A stretch of DNA of 57,992 nt from an uncultured bacterium (lineage in GTDB: Bacteria; UBP6; UBA1177). Positions 57,323 through 57,992 of the stretch are shown piece after piece (positions within the stretch are counted from its first letter, which is position 1; every line of letters begins with the position of its first letter). The stretch spans positions 1 to 57,992 of the forward strand of contig CAJOMF010000012.1 of NCBI GenBank assembly GCA_905235605.1, read 5' to 3'. Both the position numbers and the translations under genes were made by a program. The notes beneath the pieces are model-generated. The model did no database searches. It was not told the DNA's origin and worked only from the letters and a program-made list of their open reading frames with translations.

Positions 57323-57351
57323 CTCGCATTTCCTAAAAAAATCAGTATAAT
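57323..57351 (+). promoter_or_regulatory. Promoter of vioA copy 2
   Basis: CTCGCA-17 bp-TATAAT, same core as 38960-38988. Confidence 0.65.
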
Positions 57352-57377
57352 GCGGCGGTTTTTTTAGGAGAGACGCC

Positions 57378-57992
57378 ATGACAATAAACGTTACCCGTTC
57401 CTCAATGCCCGGTTTTGAGGAATATTGCTCAGAAATAAAGGAGTTGTGGGAGAGCCGCTGGCTTACCAATTCGGGTGCGAAGCATCAGCAGTTTCAGGCG
57501 GAGCTTGAAAAGTTTCTCGGCGTGCCGCATGTAGCGCTCTACACGAACGGACATCTGGCGCTCGAAAATGTCATCGCGGCTATGCAATTTGAAAAAGGCT
57601 CGGAAGTTATTACGACACCGTTTACCTTTGCTTCGACGACTCATGCGATAGTCAGAAACGGCCTGGTTCCGGTTTTCTGCGATGTGAATCCTGACAATTA
57701 CACGATCGATGCTGATAAGATCGAGGCTCTGATCACAGACAAAACTGTTGCGATAGTTCCGGTGCATGTTTACGGAAATATGTGCGATGTCGAGCATATC
57801 GCGGATATTGCTAAAAAACACGGTCTGAAAGTCATTTACGATGCGGCGCATGCTTTCGCGGTGAAATACAAAGGCGTTAGCTCGGCTTGTTTTGGTGATG
57901 CTTCGATGTTCAGTTTCCATGCGACCAAGGTTTTCAACACGATCGAAGGGGGCGCGGTCTGTTTTTCGGACGATCCGCTTGTGGACAAACTT
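57378..57992 (+). CDS. vioA: Second VioA-like aminotransferase, 3'-partial (missing from the ORF track)
   Basis: AGGAG RBS; ATG ACA ATA AAC GTT (MTINVTRSSMPG); colinear with 39015 onward and open to the window end. Confidence 0.9.
   Translation, partial: MTINVTRSSMPGFEEYCSEIKELWESRWLTNSGAKHQQFQAELEKFLGVPHVALYTNGHLALENVIAAMQFEKGSEVITTPFTFASTTHAIVRNGLVPVFCDVNPDNYTIDADKIEALITDKTVAIVPVHVYGNMCDVEHIADIAKKHGLKVIYDAAHAFAVKYKGVSSACFGDASMFSFHATKVFNTIEGGAVCFSDDPLVDKL

Noticed and set aside
17223-57377. Integron with attC cassettes, IS element or prophage explaining the inserted genes
   Set aside because: No integrase, transposase, terminal inverted repeats or consistent attC-like sites were recognised; the duplicated ends are diverged alleles, not target-site duplications
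1-57992. tRNA, rRNA or riboswitch genes
   Set aside because: None recognised by eye; a tRNAscan-SE/Infernal run would be needed to exclude them

Overview
The window appears to join two unrelated pieces. (1) 1-~3200 holds an MBL hydrolase, an MGMT/Ogt-family gene, a zinc-ribbon membrane protein and an L-lactate permease. The permease is cut off and switches into what looks like an aquaporin C-terminus at ~3192-3215, most likely an assembly chimera. (2) ~3200-57992 begins with a housekeeping block: a COG2403 arginine-synthetase-like ATPase plus carbamate kinase, a PxxKW protein, thioredoxins, a Cys-rich S8 protease and YchJ. It continues into a ~44 kb surface-polysaccharide locus (fnlABC, glycosyltransferases, wzy, LicD/polyol-phosphate genes, two wzx, two vioA-like aminotransferases, two different ATP-grasp modification modules). 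The locus is interleaved with about a dozen defence-type or DNA-binding genes (AbiE pair, AAA-PD(D/E)XK, AlbA_2/RecG-C, YhcG, RloB, RloC-like ABC ATPase, FRG, ATPase+DUF3226, ORF6N). Three structural signals stand out. (a) Three accessory DNA-binding genes each carry a 26-31 bp palindrome inside the coding sequence, and one of these recurs as a free-standing site 18.8 kb away, just upstream of the second vioA promoter. (b) At least five scars of duplicated or truncated gene ends mark module boundaries, including an ~18.3 kb unit bounded by repeats. (c) An ATP-grasp/PrpD/AKR/ThDP-decarboxylase/TIM-barrel/fumarase-like operon probably builds an uncharacterised acyl decoration for the amino sugar. 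All family calls come from motif recognition by eye; no database searches were run.
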